A stretch of 64,000 nucleotides of DNA from Lingula anatina (lineage: Eukaryota > Animalia > Brachiopoda). The position numbers and the translations under genes were made by a program. The stretch covers positions 14,446,001 to 14,510,000 of the forward strand of contig CM120642.1 in the NCBI GenBank assembly GCA_051362555.1. The letters are read 5' to 3'. Shown here one piece after another: positions 21,901 to 36,502 of the stretch (positions are counted from its first letter, which is position 1; each line of letters begins with the position of its first letter). A model generated the notes under the pieces. The model had not been told where the DNA came from, did not search any database, and saw only the letters and a program-made list of their open reading frames with translations.

Positions 21901-24900
21901 TCACCATAAGAAAGGTGCAGATCTACTGATGTTCAAGTTATGTTGATGGTTTACTGTAGACACTATGTAACCTTCTTCATGCACTGTCAGTGGACATAGC
22001 CTGGACAGGGTAGCAGCTGGAATACATACCACAAAGGTGCATTATAATTTTTATTACCTTATTATCTCAAATACAGTGTAGTTAAAAACAAAATTTCAGC
22101 TGTAGAAACAAAGTAACAAAAACACATTTCAAAATTTTCTGTAAACAAAAATGTCACGTCCTTCACCATTAAAAGGTACTTAAACTACACAAATTTCAAT
22201 TAGAAATATTCACATGGAAGTTTCTCTCACCTTTGTCAAAGAACTTGTACCTGACATAGCACCTGGCATTCTTGTCCAGTTTGGTTTGTCCAGCTATGAG
22301 GGCATTGGTCAGTGGGAAAGCCCCCATGTCCACATGGACAGTTACATGGTTTATGCTGTCTGAACTTTCATCTGTAATTTCAAATGAAATTCAACATAAG
22401 AACTAAAACCATCTAACATACTAATATGTTATTTGTTCACTGAGTCATACAAGATTCCTAAGCCTCATACTGGATTTTCATCAAAATAATAATAAAAGTT
22501 GCACTGTTAAGTGATCATTTAAACTAAAATGAACACAAAGAGTGCCAAGTTATAAGTAGTACATAAGATGACCTTGTCTATCATTTTATCTTACCAAGCT
22601 GTCATTTTCTTCAACTTTCAACCTTTATCATGACATCCCATTACCTGCACTTTCCCAGTCATCCTCCAGGTCATACTCAGGAGCCCAACCCACTCCTCTG
22701 GCAGCATGGATCACTCTACCACGGTCGTCATGGTGAGCAAACCTGAGTGACACCTCAAGTCCACCAACCACACGCTCTAGCCCTTTGTTTCCATGGTGAG
22801 GGGAGGAATCATCTGCCTGTACTTCATCTTTTCCAGCCTTTTTTGCCCAGCCCAGGGATGGGAGGTGGACAGGGTACCAACCATGGAGACCTGATCAAAA
22901 CAAAAAAGCCTTGCATTTTTAATATATGTATACATCAATCATACAATATTTAAAGCAAGATATTAATATTGTGAAGTCATGTCTTGTATTATAAAGTTTG
23001 AGTTAATTCATTACAATATTTAGGACTGAGGGTATCTGATGCTATTGAAACAACAGAATTTAAATATCTTTTAAGAAAAAGAATTGTTAAAGAAACATAA
23101 CTTTACCTGTCTTATGAGTAAGAAGATAGAGCAGTGGTATAGTTGTTGTCCCCAGTAATACATCTCCAGTCTTTGTGAACAGTTTTCTACCAGTTACTTC
23201 TGCTGATCCCGTGTATACATACTGACCATCTAAGTCTGAAAAAGAAGTCAAAGAGAAAATGTATGAGATACTTTCAAATATTTTTTTCACTATTCTTTGA
23301 CCAAATTTGGACATTCTATATCAACTACATCAAATGAATCACTGACTGTTATATTCAAGTACACTCGTTTTTCAAGAAGTGAATGTAATGGTCAAATCTG
23401 ACTATAAACATGAAGGCGAGAGACTTGTGAAGAGGAGATATCATCATCCAAAAACAACAGACAGCATTCCACTCCCCATTACCAGGAGACAGCCCAGGTA
23501 CTTGATGCCACATCTCAAAGGTGACCTCTGCTGTCTCCAGTATCTCAGCCAGGCAGAGGGCGTCACTGTCTTCCTCTGTCCACAGCAGAGGACATGGGAA
23601 GTCCATGAAGTAGGAGAACTCTGGAGCAAACGTCCTGGCCACAGTCCTGGTGATACGCTCATCCTGGGTTACAAGGAGTGAGAAGGCTTTGATTCATGAT
23701 TAGATGCACAAATAATGTTTTTTATTCAATGAACAGAATTTAAGACTGTCTGACATGCAATTACTTAAACAGCACCCAAAATCTCAACTTGAAATGACAG
23801 AAAATATCCCAGGAAAAGATTTATAATTTCACCTCTGCATTCTGTTCCATCAATTACTTTTTCAACACATTTTTCCTTTAATTTTTTGTACTTTAAATGT
23901 TTTTTTCTTCGTGTTAGAATGCAAGAAAGTTTCAAGAAGTATTAAAATTACAAAAAATTAAGTGATGCTGCTGATTTGATTACTATCAATAAACATAATC
24001 TGTATACCTACTTGTTTTGACAGGAAGGAGAGCCTGGTTCTGACATATGCATTAACCCCTACTTCAGCTGGATACTGCATTCCATCATCATGTCTGGCTA
24101 CAGCCACTGCAGCAGCCTATAAGATATACATGTAAAAATAAGGCTTATCTTCTGAAATAGACTAACTCTTACTTCAGCTGGGTACTGTATTCCGGCATCA
24201 TTTCTAACCATAGTCACAGCAACAGCCTTTGAGAGACCTGTTGTCATTTCTTATAATTAATTGACATCACTTATCTGTGTCTTATTAATCAACTCTAAGT
24301 CAAATTCAGTACAGACCAATCTTCTGTACAGTAGTTCTTCATGCTGTAGTTTGACTGGGGAACTCTTTTACACTGAACATTTCTGCTATATGTAAAGTCC
24401 ATTATTACATCAGAGATATATTATATGCACACACATATCATTGTTTATTAAATGTACTTCAGTGGTACATTTGTACCCCAAATATAAAGTATGTAAATGT
24501 GCCCTAACCTTCAGTCCTGATGCCCTAACAATGCCCACTGAGATGCAGACTTGAGCTGAAGCCACAGCATGACTTGCTGTGCCATATTTCTCCTCTGGGG
24601 AAGCCTGTAAGAACCACAATGCACAGTCAAGTCCAAACTGTTAGCTATAAACACCACTTGCATGACGGATATTACTATGTAATATATCAAATTCACTGGG
24701 TTTACAATCCGTGGGATTTTCTTTAACTTAACATGTTGTTAGTCTAGACTGTGATGTTGTCCACTTATTTTTTAAAACACAATTTTCAAATATCATATAT
24801 ATCATATATATATATATATATATGATGACAAGTTACCTTCAATGTGCTGGTTTTGTAATGAACAGTCACTTCTAGTAACCCAGCTTCTTTCAACTGAAAG

Positions 24901-27900
24901 ACAAAGATAAGTTACATGAAATATCCCTTATGAACAACCAAGGAAACTGACTTCACAAACTTTTTTTTTTCAATTCAAAATCTCTTTTCTTGCAAATGGG
25001 AAATAGTAGAGCTAAGAGACAAAATAATAATAATAATAAAAATAATAATAATAACAATATCATCAAGTCACAGTGTTCTACCCCAGTGACATACCTTTGC
25101 CCTCTCCTCAGGTCCAAGGTTGTCCGAGTCTCCTGCCAGTGTGGTCAGGGGCAGAGAGAAGGTTTGGACACTGGGCTCTCCTCTTTTCTGCATGGTCACC
25201 ATTGCACATAGCTTGGCCAGGGGGAGCACAGCCTGGAAGGCAGAGCAAAGTGCAATTATATATAATGTCATTATGTTGTTTGACTCTGGGATAGGAGGGG
25301 GGGGGGGGGGGGGCACATCAATAAATTGGAATCATAAAGACTGTCAGAAACACTGTTGCCAATATGACATGATTGAAGCAATAGTGCATCCGATAAATAG
25401 AAATACATATCTGGAAATGACTTTATCTTTTCAATGGGGAAAATTGTGAATTTTACAGATACAATTATCTTTAAATTAGAACATTCCTATCGAGAGGTAG
25501 CTACAAAATTGAATGGCAGGCTACTCTGTTGTTCCATTTTATACGGTAAAAGCACCACAGATAAATGTTATGCAAAATACATTTTCAATGACTCCAAAAT
25601 TATGTATCTGAAAGATTGATCATTTTTCCCCCATGGAAAAGATTGAGCCATTATGTTACTGTAAATACACCTTACCTTTGCAATGACTTGGTCTCTGACA
25701 TTGGGATAGTAATATCTGCACCATACTTCAATGGGGACACCACCACCTCCACCACCTGCTCCTGCACAGGCTGTAAAAGACAGCAAACACACATATATAC
25801 TACCATAATAATACTATATCAACTAAATATAACAAGGTAATTTGTAACCTTACACATAACAGTAAGCTAATGAGTTAATGATTTTCATAAGACATCCAAG
25901 TCTGACATTTTAAAATTAATACATACCTATGCACAGATTACATTGAATAATTTGACCAACTTAGATCAATCAAAGCTACACTATTAAAATTGTTTCATTA
26001 CCATACTGAGAGCAATACAAAAAAATTTTAGGCTCTGTACCTGTGACCAGCTCTCTCTGGACAGGAGTGCCCTCTGGTAGTAGAATCCGATGTCTGGTCA
26101 CTTCATGGAACGTAGGGTCTGGTATACACAGGGTGGTGGCTGTCCTGAAAGGTTTCAGTGTAGGCACAGCTGGAAGAGAAAACGGTAAAACTAGATTTTT
26201 CTCTCAATGAATCCCAAAGATATTTTATTCTTATAGCTTCAAAATTATTTTTAAAACAGTTAGGTGAAATTCTAATACAGAGTATGTTTAATTGCTCTTT
26301 AGGTCATACCATGAAGGGATATAATTATGTTATAAATATAAATTTCAATAAGATCAATATGATATTAAACACATACAGATTTAGGTATATATAGAGATTA
26401 GTATCCTAATATTACAAAACTATACGAGGTCAGTATATTTGATGTGTGTCTGTAGCTACTGCTGACTTACCATACTGTTTGGCAGGTCCCCCGGGTTGCT
26501 TGGTCTGCTGCTGTGCAGGGAAATGGTACTGTATAAAACAATCTGCCTCTCCCCAGATCATGTCATCAAACAGTTTTAGGCCTTTCACACCCTCTATCAC
26601 AAACTCAAACACATGCTCAACTGCAATAAGAAAAGAATGCCTCTTTAACTTGTTGAAGTCACAGAAATGTGTACTCTTTACCTGGGTTGGTATTAACAGT
26701 GTAAACAAGAAACATGCTTTAAGACAGTAACACCTAACCAGATGCCTAATGTTGTAATTCCTTCCATTTCAATTACCCCAAAACATGATCAATTTGACTT
26801 AGAGAATACTTTGGGTGAACTGGTTACAACTGCAAGTTGAGTATACTGTGTGGTAACATGAAGGCAACTACATTTACCCAAGACTTCAGTGGGTGGGTAG
26901 TCTTCTGGTCTTCTACTGGAGACATCTCCCACAACATGTTGTCTGGAACAGATAGAAAACAATTATCATCATGTTAATATTTAACACCAAATAAAGAAAC
27001 TCTTTCCAAATGAATAAAAATGTCATTAACTACAAACTATGATTTATGATAACATTTGAAGCATCTACCATGGAACTAAATATCTTTCTTTTTGTGTAAT
27101 ATAAGATCAAGTATTTCAGATCGAAAAAAAAAAAATTCTACAACTAAAAGGAACACATTCACTGTGAAAAAAGTGGAGATGTTTCTTGCCTTTCAAGATA
27201 ATGCTGAGGTCTCTGAGGCATAGAACTGTCCCCATTCTTATCTAGTTTCAGTCTTTGGAGAGCAGACACCTGGAAAATAGAACATATCAAGGATCACAAT
27301 AGACTTACACCACAGAACACAGGGTTTCATCAGTGACTATGGAATGGAGTTCTTGTCACTGACAATTTTGTATTAACATACTGATGAAAAGCAAAAAGCT
27401 CTCTGGCTATGGCATTTTCAATGTAAATGTGTTTTAACTTTATCATATCTTAGATTATGTGTTTTGATTTACATTAGAATTCATGCATAAAAGTTTGATG
27501 CTATACAGTGGGGGTACACAATCCAAACTGTCCAAATTATTTGTCTTCCTGAATTAAAAGGCACATTCTGGTCACAGTTTCAAAAAGATCAAGCACACCC
27601 CTCTTACCTGTTCTGCAGATCCCACTGCCAGCAGCACCTTTAACTGTCCAAACTGTATTCCTGTGAATGGGTCTTGTACTGGCAGCCAGTTGTCCACAGA
27701 CACCACTGGGTACTGAATATATTAGCAAAAATCATTATGTGATTTCTGCACAAAAAATAAGTTTCAAGCTCTTATGAAATGTGGAAATCAATTTATTGAA
27801 ACCACATGTATTACTGCTAAGACTGCAACTAAGTTAAATTCAAAAAGAATAATAAGAAAATAAATGTCAAAATTTATTTTATTTAAATTCCAAAAGAAAC

Positions 27901-30900
27901 CATTCAAAATGTAACCAGTTTGGTGTATTTTGCTTAAAAATTGTTTGAAATTATATCAGACCTGTGATTTCAGCAGAGCTCTGCAAATCTTCCTGTCTCT
28001 AAATGACATATAAAACTGGTGCAAGGACAGCTTCACAATGCCCACCAGCTTGTCATTCTGGGCTCCAGTCTTCTTGTCCCAGACCTCCAGCACCATAAAG
28101 TTATTCCTCATCCTCTCCAGTAAGTATTGAGTCACTAATACAGGTCCAATCTGAATGGAAACACGACTATGAATATGTACCTTTATGTGTATAGCTGACT
28201 TTTATGAGTATACCTGACTTAGTATAGCTATCATAAGCAGGAATTTAATAATGTCAGTGTGTGGCAAAATGAAATATGTGCTATTTCCATGTTGCAATCT
28301 TACAATTACATGGTTTTCAGACATGCCAATTCATTAACATTCAGTACAAGTGATGCTAAACTATCATTCTAATGCAATTTTAAGCTTGTAAGTTTTTCAT
28401 ATTTAGGTTGGTCTTTGTAGGATTTCTTACCTGTACAAAATTGAATACTGGGTTAAAAGTTCCCCAGCAAACACTAGAAGTCACTGCATCATCACACCAA
28501 AACATTCTACACACTAGGTACAGGTTTCTGGTAGCCATATCTCTACCCGTCCAACCTGAAATATAGTAACTTCTATGATGTAAAACTATATTTAATGTAT
28601 GGCTGCAAGATTCTGAAAACTACACTGTTTTCTAATTTCATATTTTCCTCTCTTACAGTCACATAAAACTCACTGTTTTCTAATTACATATTTTCCTCTC
28701 TTACAGTCACATAAAACTGAGCTTTTTTCTTCAGCAAAGAGCTAAGACCCTGTATGTTCCACAGCTGTATATATGCTGAAAGTCCCTTACCTAGCGTACT
28801 TGGAGCAGGTGGTTGCTTGGCATTCATATGTGGAGGAAGCAACCCCTGGAGATTGATATTTCTTCCCTCTGGTACTAGTAACAGGGTGTGGAGGGTCATA
28901 GCCTGTAATTTCAGTGCATTATCATAAACATATATATAACATAGACAAAAAACTTAATTAAAACTTTTTGAAAAACTATTTTGAAAAAGTAAATTAAAAC
29001 ATAAGCCTAAATAAAAATACTTAAATGTAAACGTTAATTTTAAACCAAATATGTTGCTTAGTGCTCTATTTGATTTTTTTTTTTTTACATTTCAAACACA
29101 ATAAATTATTTCATATTAGAAACAGTAACACACCTCCATGCTGTCCTGCACTGTAGCTAATCCTGTGTAGTCTAGAGGCATTTGATACATCTGTTTGGGC
29201 TGCATCTGTACTGGTGGAGGCTGTGCAGGGGGTGTTCTTGGAGGCCCCGAGGGGTGGTCCAGGGGCATCTCATGGATGTTGGTGGGTCTGGGCTCTGTCT
29301 GGGTGGCATGAGAGCTGACACTGCCTGGTGGTTCTGTTGGGGAGAAGAAATCTTTTTTATCAATGTATTCACTATTAGCAATGAACATGTACGTGTAACG
29401 ATTGTGAAACTGTAGTTTTGCATACTAGCCATCAAGGAGGTGACAGATTAAGCAGAATATTTTATAATTATCACCTAAAAGTAAAACTAAGTGACCACTT
29501 TGAGAGGGCTCATGAAATAAGCAAGTTTAGTAGCTACTAGCAAAACAAGCTTGCTTTTAAGTATCTTTTTTTTCACTTATTAAGAATTCAATGAGACTGA
29601 GACAAATGGTTGAATTCATAAAATTTTGTGTCTCTGTAAGACCACTAATATAAAAGGAGTTACCCTCACCTGAAATCTGTGGGTTCACCAGCCCTGGGGG
29701 TGGCTGGGGGGTAGGTTTAGGCTGTGGAATAGGGACTATCTTTGGATTTTTCATCTCTGCTAGCTTGGTCTTGGCTAGGGCTGTTGAAAAATCTTTGTGG
29801 TCTGATGCTAATTCAACATATACCTAGGACACAAAGATTGTGTAAAAAATGTAATTGAATAAAGTCAGTGAGTATTTTCTTTTGCTGTTAATCCTTTACC
29901 ATGTAGAAAATTGTTTTCCCTGCTTTCACAAAATGGGACCAAACCAGACCTTCAACTACAGTACCCTTAAATTTTGTTTTCCTCTCATAATCTCACCTGT
30001 AAAGAGCCTATCACAGGAGCCTTTCCATTAGAACTGGGTGTATTACTGGTAGCAGTTGATGAAGTAGATGATCTCCTGTCCTTAACTTCTAGAGATCTTT
30101 CCATATGTAAGTTTTCAGACTTAAGTATAGCCTTCAAAGGGACTGAACAAGTTCCTATTAGGTTTGGCTGAAATGTTAAAATAATGCGGTGAACTTACAA
30201 CATCAATGAGAACTTTTTTTCAAAGAAAGATGTTTTCATGAGGAAGTTCCATTGCATTATAATTCTCTCAAGTTGACATCAAGTTTCACTTAATATTTAC
30301 ATAAAAAGTTAATAATCAGTTTTTTTGTTGATCTTAACATAATCACATTAGGCCTGGTAACTTAAGAGAAACATTCCCCTAAATTTCTTGAACTCACCAC
30401 CTTCTGCCCAGCAGATTTGGCAAATACTTTAAACACCAGGAGAGACTTCCACCACTTCTCCACAGCAGTGCCATCAAACAGCACAGGGAACACTGAACGG
30501 TGGTTGAACGTCACAACTACAATAATTGTATCAGAATTTGTGAACATCAGCATTTACAAAAATATGTATAATTTCAAATATAATGCTATTAAAATATCTG
30601 GAGTAGTTCCAATAACTTGCCTCCACATACTAAAATCCACATATTTTCACAGAAATTAAAACATAAATGTACCTCCATCTTTGACTCTCTTTGATGCCAC
30701 CCTCATAACCTCTGTTGCCATGGTATTCAGGGTATATTTGTCCCTAGAAGTGGCCACCACTGGGAACTGATACTCTACAAAGTAGGTGCTGGGGAGATAC
30801 AAATGGGTCATATAATCAAGGATGGCAAGCAACACTGCTTCATAAGAAAGATACCCACTCCAATAACTCCATAAATTTTAAATCTTTTTGTGTGCAAAAA

Positions 30901-33900
30901 ATTCATTTACTTCCAAAACATTCTTTTCCACATAAAAAATAAAACTGAAAATAATTATAAAGGAAGAAAATTCTCGTTCATATGTTATGGAGGAATTAGA
31001 AATATTTATTTTTTTAGACAAGAAAATATCATCCATCTTATGAAAGCATTACAGGCTAAACAAAAAATCTACACCCTACCTGGCCCTCTTTGGTTTTGGA
31101 GATGGTCTGGGTGGTTTTCCCCTGCTCCTTGGGGCAGATTTCCCTCGAGGAGTGGGTGTGGCACTCTTCTGGTCCAGCTTCAAACTATCAACCACAACTC
31201 GTCCAACACTAACTCTACCAAGCAGTGTTAGTCTCTCTACACTAAGACCATCCACTGGGGCATCCTTAGGAAGCTTGGACACTGGGTAGAAAAAAGCTTG
31301 GTTTATAGGCAACATTAATGTGAAATTTACCACCAATTTACATGTAAAAAAGGATAAAAAACATTCCTTTTTGAAAATCAAAACTTCTTTATGTTGCATC
31401 CAATCTATTAACTGTTTTCACATGCCTAATTGTGGTTGGTTGCTTTTTTTCTTTTATTTTGTTTACCAAAAATTGGTTCTAAATATTCAACCTTCAATGA
31501 TCACCCACAACCCTGCAACAGCTTTAAAATATAACATTGACACATTTCAGGCACATACATGCAGAATTCTCCTCAGCATCAGACGGTGTCATATCAAAAG
31601 ACACTCGGGAGCCCTCAGAGCCCCTGGACGCTACACTCCTGGCATCAGAATCACTCAGGTCACTTCCACTCCTGTCACGGCTGTGAGACCTGGTCCTTTT
31701 CTTCAGGGACTTCCTACGCTTTCCTTTGTCCTCAGGGGTCTTCTTAGGTGTAGTGGATTTCCTGGACAGGGTGTTGTTTGTTTGAGGTGGTATGGCTGAA
31801 CTGGAGCGAGAAGACTGCCTGGATGGTGGTCTCTGAAATAATGCACAAGTTAAAAGCTCTTTACTTTCCCTGTATTCCACAATTCTAAATATTGCAATAC
31901 ATTAAAAAAGGACATAAAAGCCATCCACAATTCATTATTTTTTTAGCTTTCCACTAACTTTGCATATAATTCCCCTCCAACCCATGAAATTTGATTTAAC
32001 TGCATTTACATCTGATGTAAAACATTTTAGAACACCAATCAAGTCCTTTTTGGTCAAATCTTACAGTCGAGGAATAGTCAAAGACTTCAGCTTATATAAA
32101 ACTTAATAAAATTGCTCACAATGTTTCCTGGTTCCTCTAATGATGCAACTGAAGGTGGTCTTCTTTTGCGTTTTCTTCCATTGTCTTCTTCATCTGTGCT
32201 CACATCTGTTACGCTACTGCTATCCGTGTCCTAGAATACACATAACGAAATGCTATAAAGAATGTATACCGTCTATGATATAATAATGATTTGTGTAATG
32301 AAAAGAACGAACTGGTACATTATATGCTTTCAATGTGATAATCTAGTATTCTATTTTGAATAAATACCTTTCCTTTTTCTATAGTTTAGTTTTAATCATT
32401 GAAGAATAAATGTATAATCTCACACTAACTGGATTCTTATAGAAGAGTTCATGCAGTATGCTGTCATCATGGACTGGATCTCCTATATCACTGAACACTT
32501 CTTCATCACTGGACATACTGTCATCAGAGTGACCACTTAGTCCTCTCAAAGCCTAAAACGAAATAATGGAAATTATTTCTTTGGCATTAAAAGAATAATT
32601 TCAGACAATTCTCTCAAATATTCATATTATATCTTCAAATGGTTATAAAAACCAAAATAAAGTTTATAATTCTTTTTTACTTGCCTTCAATTCTTTCCCA
32701 GTGACATTAGCACCAAAGACCAAGTCAACAGCCCTAGTTTCTATGTCTGCAGTGTCAGAGTCTGTGGCATCAATTTCATGTAAGTCTTCACTGCGCTCCA
32801 GGATCTCCTTCAACAGACTGCCAGAGGAACTGAACAACAGAAAAGTTGTATTTTTTTTTACATAAAAACACAATGTCTGTTGATTAATATGGATGTAGGA
32901 CAGAGGTCTGCAGCATTTACCTTATAGATATGTTGCATCAACTCTTGAATTTTCTTCAGAGAGTGTGACAGAAAAATAACATTAAAATTTTTAATTGTTT
33001 GATATATTTCTGATGACATGAAACATGGTTCAAGAAGTAACACACGTATGCACACAATGATTTCTGGTAACATTCAACTGGATAAACTAGGACTTAAAAT
33101 AAGACTTTAAAATTGTATGGAATATATATCCTATTTGACCTGGTGGCACCACTTAGACTAGTTCAGCCACTGCCGGGTGTACAAGCCCCCTTACCCTCTA
33201 GACCTAGCACTCTCTGGCACATCCAACACAGCATCTATTTCAGGCACTACTGGAGCCTCTCCTTGGGCTCTGTCCACAGTGGACATCACCATGGCTTCCT
33301 TCAGCTTGGAGCCTCTTTCCAGCAGCTCAGAGACCAAATCAGTGCCTGCCTGACTTGAAGGGTTTAACTTAATATTGCCTGTAACAAATTATAGCGTGCT
33401 GGGTTGTAGTATTACATGGAAATATTTCTAGACACAAGCTGACAGAAACAAAAATTGTCCAGCTAAATATTGCCTGTATAATCTTATAAAAATCAAAATC
33501 ATAATATCAAATTCTCTCAAAGATTAATCAATTTTAGAAAAGAGTGAACCAATACACCTAAATAAAGTTATTTGCAAAATGTAACATTCACTGATTTATT
33601 TTTAATTTTTTGTTATGAAATAAAGTTCATTCTATAAGATGTTATACCTGTCAATCCAGGTCGTGAAATTTCAGAAATGGGAATGTCTCTTGTGGGCTCT
33701 TCATGCACTGATGCTTTGGAGGTGTCTGGTTTATCACCTTGTGATATTCTGTACGTCTGCATATATAATGAAATATAGGTTTAATGAATAACTTACTCAA
33801 GTAATATGACTTCCATACTGCTGTAAAATTTCATTACCTAAACTGAATGAAACAGAATAAATGTACAATTTAACTATATTCCTTATGATACTGCATGTTG

Positions 33901-36213
33901 TTCTAATAATTACACTTAAAATTTAGGCACTCATTCTTATGCCAAGCAGTAAATACACTACCTTAAGAGGAGCTGGTGATTTGAAAGGATCTTCAGTTTC
34001 ACTAGAACTTGTGGCAGCAAACCTAGGGTGTGGGAGTGGGGCTGTCCTGGGAGGTGCTGCACTCTGGTGGTCTTGGTGAAATGGTAGCTCTGTGCTCATA
34101 TCTGTGGTTGGGACTGACCCAGAGGAATCGTAGGTACCTGTGAAATTAAAATACAATGATACAGCTTATTTTTGAGCAATTTTTCTTTCAAATAAATCTC
34201 ATTTAAGTGAACAGGTCCACACTAAGAGTTCTCACATAGGGGAGGGAAGTGTCAACTTAGTTCAGTGTGATCAAATGCTCGATGTTGACAAATAGTGTCA
34301 GAGCTGACACCTTCACCCAAAAGGCCTTTGTTTTTGGATGAAATATTTAAGTTTGCAATATGGCAATGATATGCAGTTTATAAATGGCACTGCTGCTTTA
34401 CATCACACTAACCTGTAAGAGTTTCCAAGGACAAGGAGACCTGCAACTCTGCTATCTTCTCATCATTTGCAGACATTACAGGAAAGAACCTAATACAAAC
34501 ACAATAAACTTTACAGTATGATCTTCATATAACAAATCATTGTAAAGATTAAGATTTGATACAGTATTTATATAATTTAAAATTAAAAATCTTACCACAA
34601 TATTAAAACTACATTGTTTTGTATACAAAAATTCAGTCTTACTTTTGATTCTTAAAGTTGTGGCAACATTTCAACAACAATGCATTTTTTAATATGAAAT
34701 TAAAACTAACAATCAAGTAAATCTCACCCATTAATGGGCTTAACAGGTGACAAAGTATTAATGTGGTCAATCTGCGCCTGACCAACCAGGGTCATCTCAA
34801 CATCACTGAGGACTTCCAACACCAGGGGTCCCATATGTAACATTGTTAAGGAAAAAATCCCCTCATACAATGAACAATCAACAAAACTGTCCTTACATAT
34901 CTCACTGCTTTTCGAGAAACCATCTGACCTAATGAAAACATTTTCATCAATCAAATAACTTGAAAACCATTACAGTCCAAAATTACGGAGGACATTTATA
35001 TGAAGACATATACTACAAAACAAGTCAGTCACAGTGCAAGTAAGAATGCTCATGAATTTGGTATTTTGCTTGTAAAATGAAAAAAAAAAGATTGTTTCCA
35101 AAAAAGGATATCTGTAAGGTATGCTGTGAGTTGTTTCGGCCCAGATCTGATGGCATAACGAGCTGTGGTCTTCAGCAGGGTTTTGTCACTCCCTTTAACA
35201 TTCAGTGGCCTAAAATGTACATAATAACTAAGGACTATATAGATCTATACATAAAATAAAATCAAATCAATAACTTCATATTTTCATATTTTTGGTGCAA
35301 CAACAATCCAAATGGAAAAAGGTTAATAGATAATTTTTTAGCAATATAAGATTCCTGCTTATGGTTATAAAAACAAAGCTTTCCTTGCTTGTACATTTCG
35401 AAAGAAAAGAGGAGTAAAGATATTCCCCAGCTTTGTCTTCAAGTATTGTTACCTGAAAACTGCCCCCAGCCCCTCCTCTCCCCACCATTTCACTCTCACT
35501 TGGGTCAGTTCTGGTGGGGTGGGGAGAAGCCACAGGATCTGGTTGACACTTAGTCTTAAGAAACATCTCAGCTGACCCTCCACCATAGGAGGCAAACTGG
35601 TGTACACTGGAACTTCATCTTCTAATGATGGGCCTAAAATTTAAGTAAAAAGCTAAAATATATTAAAAAGCAGGTTTTAAAATTAAACTGGATGGCCACT
35701 ACAAAACAACATGCAAGTTTTTGCAACAATGTAAATAAACCCATGCAAACTTCATAATTTATATGATCTGACTTTTCTGTTTGTAGAGCCTACGAGAGGA
35801 ACTGATGAAATTGCTTTCTAATTCAGTCTACTGTTGACACTGCTATCAGCACTCTCTGCTGTTCCAGAACTGTAGTCTCTTATTCTTAGGATAAAAATGT
35901 GTCAACTAAGTTCTAATCCAGTCAAAGCCAATGATTTCAATTCAAACCAAATCAAAATATTCAATAATAACTCATTTAATACTACTGTCATGTATTTAAG
36001 AAACTAATCTACATTACACCACATAACTGACACTAACTTCGAACGCAAAAGAAGTAGAATTTGGCACGCCAAAGCACTAGCAGATCTTAGAATTGAAGCC
36101 AGAATAATTTTCTGTGCGAAAATACGGATGACATAAAACATATACATTCAGTACAGACCAATCTTACCCTGCTTTTTGGGTTTCCTACCAGACCTAGGTT
36201 TCTTCTTCGCCAT
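15927..36213 (-). CDS. C2CD3: C2 domain-containing protein 3 (distal centriole/ciliogenesis protein), complete, ~46 exons
   Basis: Starts [14 protein letters not shown] (36213-36168), then [16 protein letters not shown]...VRVKWWGE (35633-35453), [20 protein letters not shown] (35209-35112), 34836-34728, 34489-34413, 34137-33962, 33756-33648, 33378-33140 ([18 protein letters not shown]), 32829-32685, 32552-32430, 32230-32120, 31832-31559, 31281-31080, 30788-30673, 30516-30398, 30167-29997, 29823-29670, 29333-29134, 28902-28791, 28555-28431, 28150-27962, 27712-27608, 27269-27190, 26942-26878, 26620-26471, 26169-26041, 25770-25676, 25232-25095, 24893-24837, 24604-24509, 24116-24012, 23663-23483, 23235-23107, 22890-22645, 22371-22231, 22016-21905, 21685-21527, five exons with approximate ends between 21192 and 19218 (incl. 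[39 protein letters not shown]), 18839-18544, 18236-16653, 16435-16306 ([17 protein letters not shown]), 16103-15927 ([15 protein letters not shown]). N-terminal, C2 and C-terminal motifs match human C2CD3 as I recall it. Confidence 0.93.
16436..16652 (-). other. U12-type GT-AG intron of C2CD3
   Basis: Donor CC|GTATCCTTT. Branch TTTCCCTTGAC (16460-16450), with its A about 15 nt before the AG. No long pyrimidine tract. The phase-2 join (CC+A = Pro) keeps frame into [12 protein letters not shown]. Confidence 0.85.
20996..21080. repeat. 26-bp minisatellite, about 3 copies, intronic
   Basis: tactctatgtatctagtgcagtctag / aactctatgttactagtacagtttag / tactctatgcatctagtgcagtctag. Confidence 0.85.
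24173..24226 (-). other. Diverged partial duplicate of C2CD3 exon 24116-24012
   Basis: Encodes [18 protein letters not shown] versus [18 protein letters not shown] in the true exon. Bounded by AAG and GTAAGA. Confidence 0.85.
28623..28718. repeat. 48-bp tandem duplication, intronic
   Basis: cactgttttctaatt(t/a)catattttcctctcttacagtcacataaaact twice, one mismatch. Confidence 0.95.
32553..32684 (-). other. GC-AG intron of C2CD3
   Basis: AAG|GCAAGT gives the phase-0 join into GCT TTG AGA. The adjacent GT 4 nt downstream would shift the frame. Confidence 0.8.
34837..35111 (-). other. U12-type AT-AC intron of C2CD3
   Basis: Donor G|ATATCCTTT, perfect branch TTCCTTAAC (34853-34845), acceptor TAC|. 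The join restores the conserved YLTDM...LVLEV. Confidence 0.95.
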
Positions 36214-36502
36214 TCCGTTTTATTTTATTAAACCCTATCACGAAGCATACACTATTTGTTCGATATGTCCAAATTCTTGACATTTTGTTTTGGCCGCCAT
36301 ATCTGCTGACGCACCTTCGATAGTTCGCGTCTTGATTTTAGTTTTTTAGTGTTTGGGCAAATACTTCTTTGAAATATAAGCAAACTCCTTGAACTTAATT
36401 TTGTTTTTTTGGAATTTTAGACTATGAAGTATTTCAGGGACTATTTAGTTTTATTGTGATTGTTAGGACTCCGAGAAACTGCGAGATCAAAACAAATTCA
36501 AG
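36214..36502. promoter_or_regulatory. Bidirectional promoter and 5' UTRs between C2CD3 and PPME1
   Basis: Only 289 bp separate the divergent ATGs. Local CpG enrichment, YY1-like GCCGCCAT at ~36293-36300 and DRE-like TCGATA at ~36259 and ~36317 (motif calls are inference). Confidence 0.8.
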
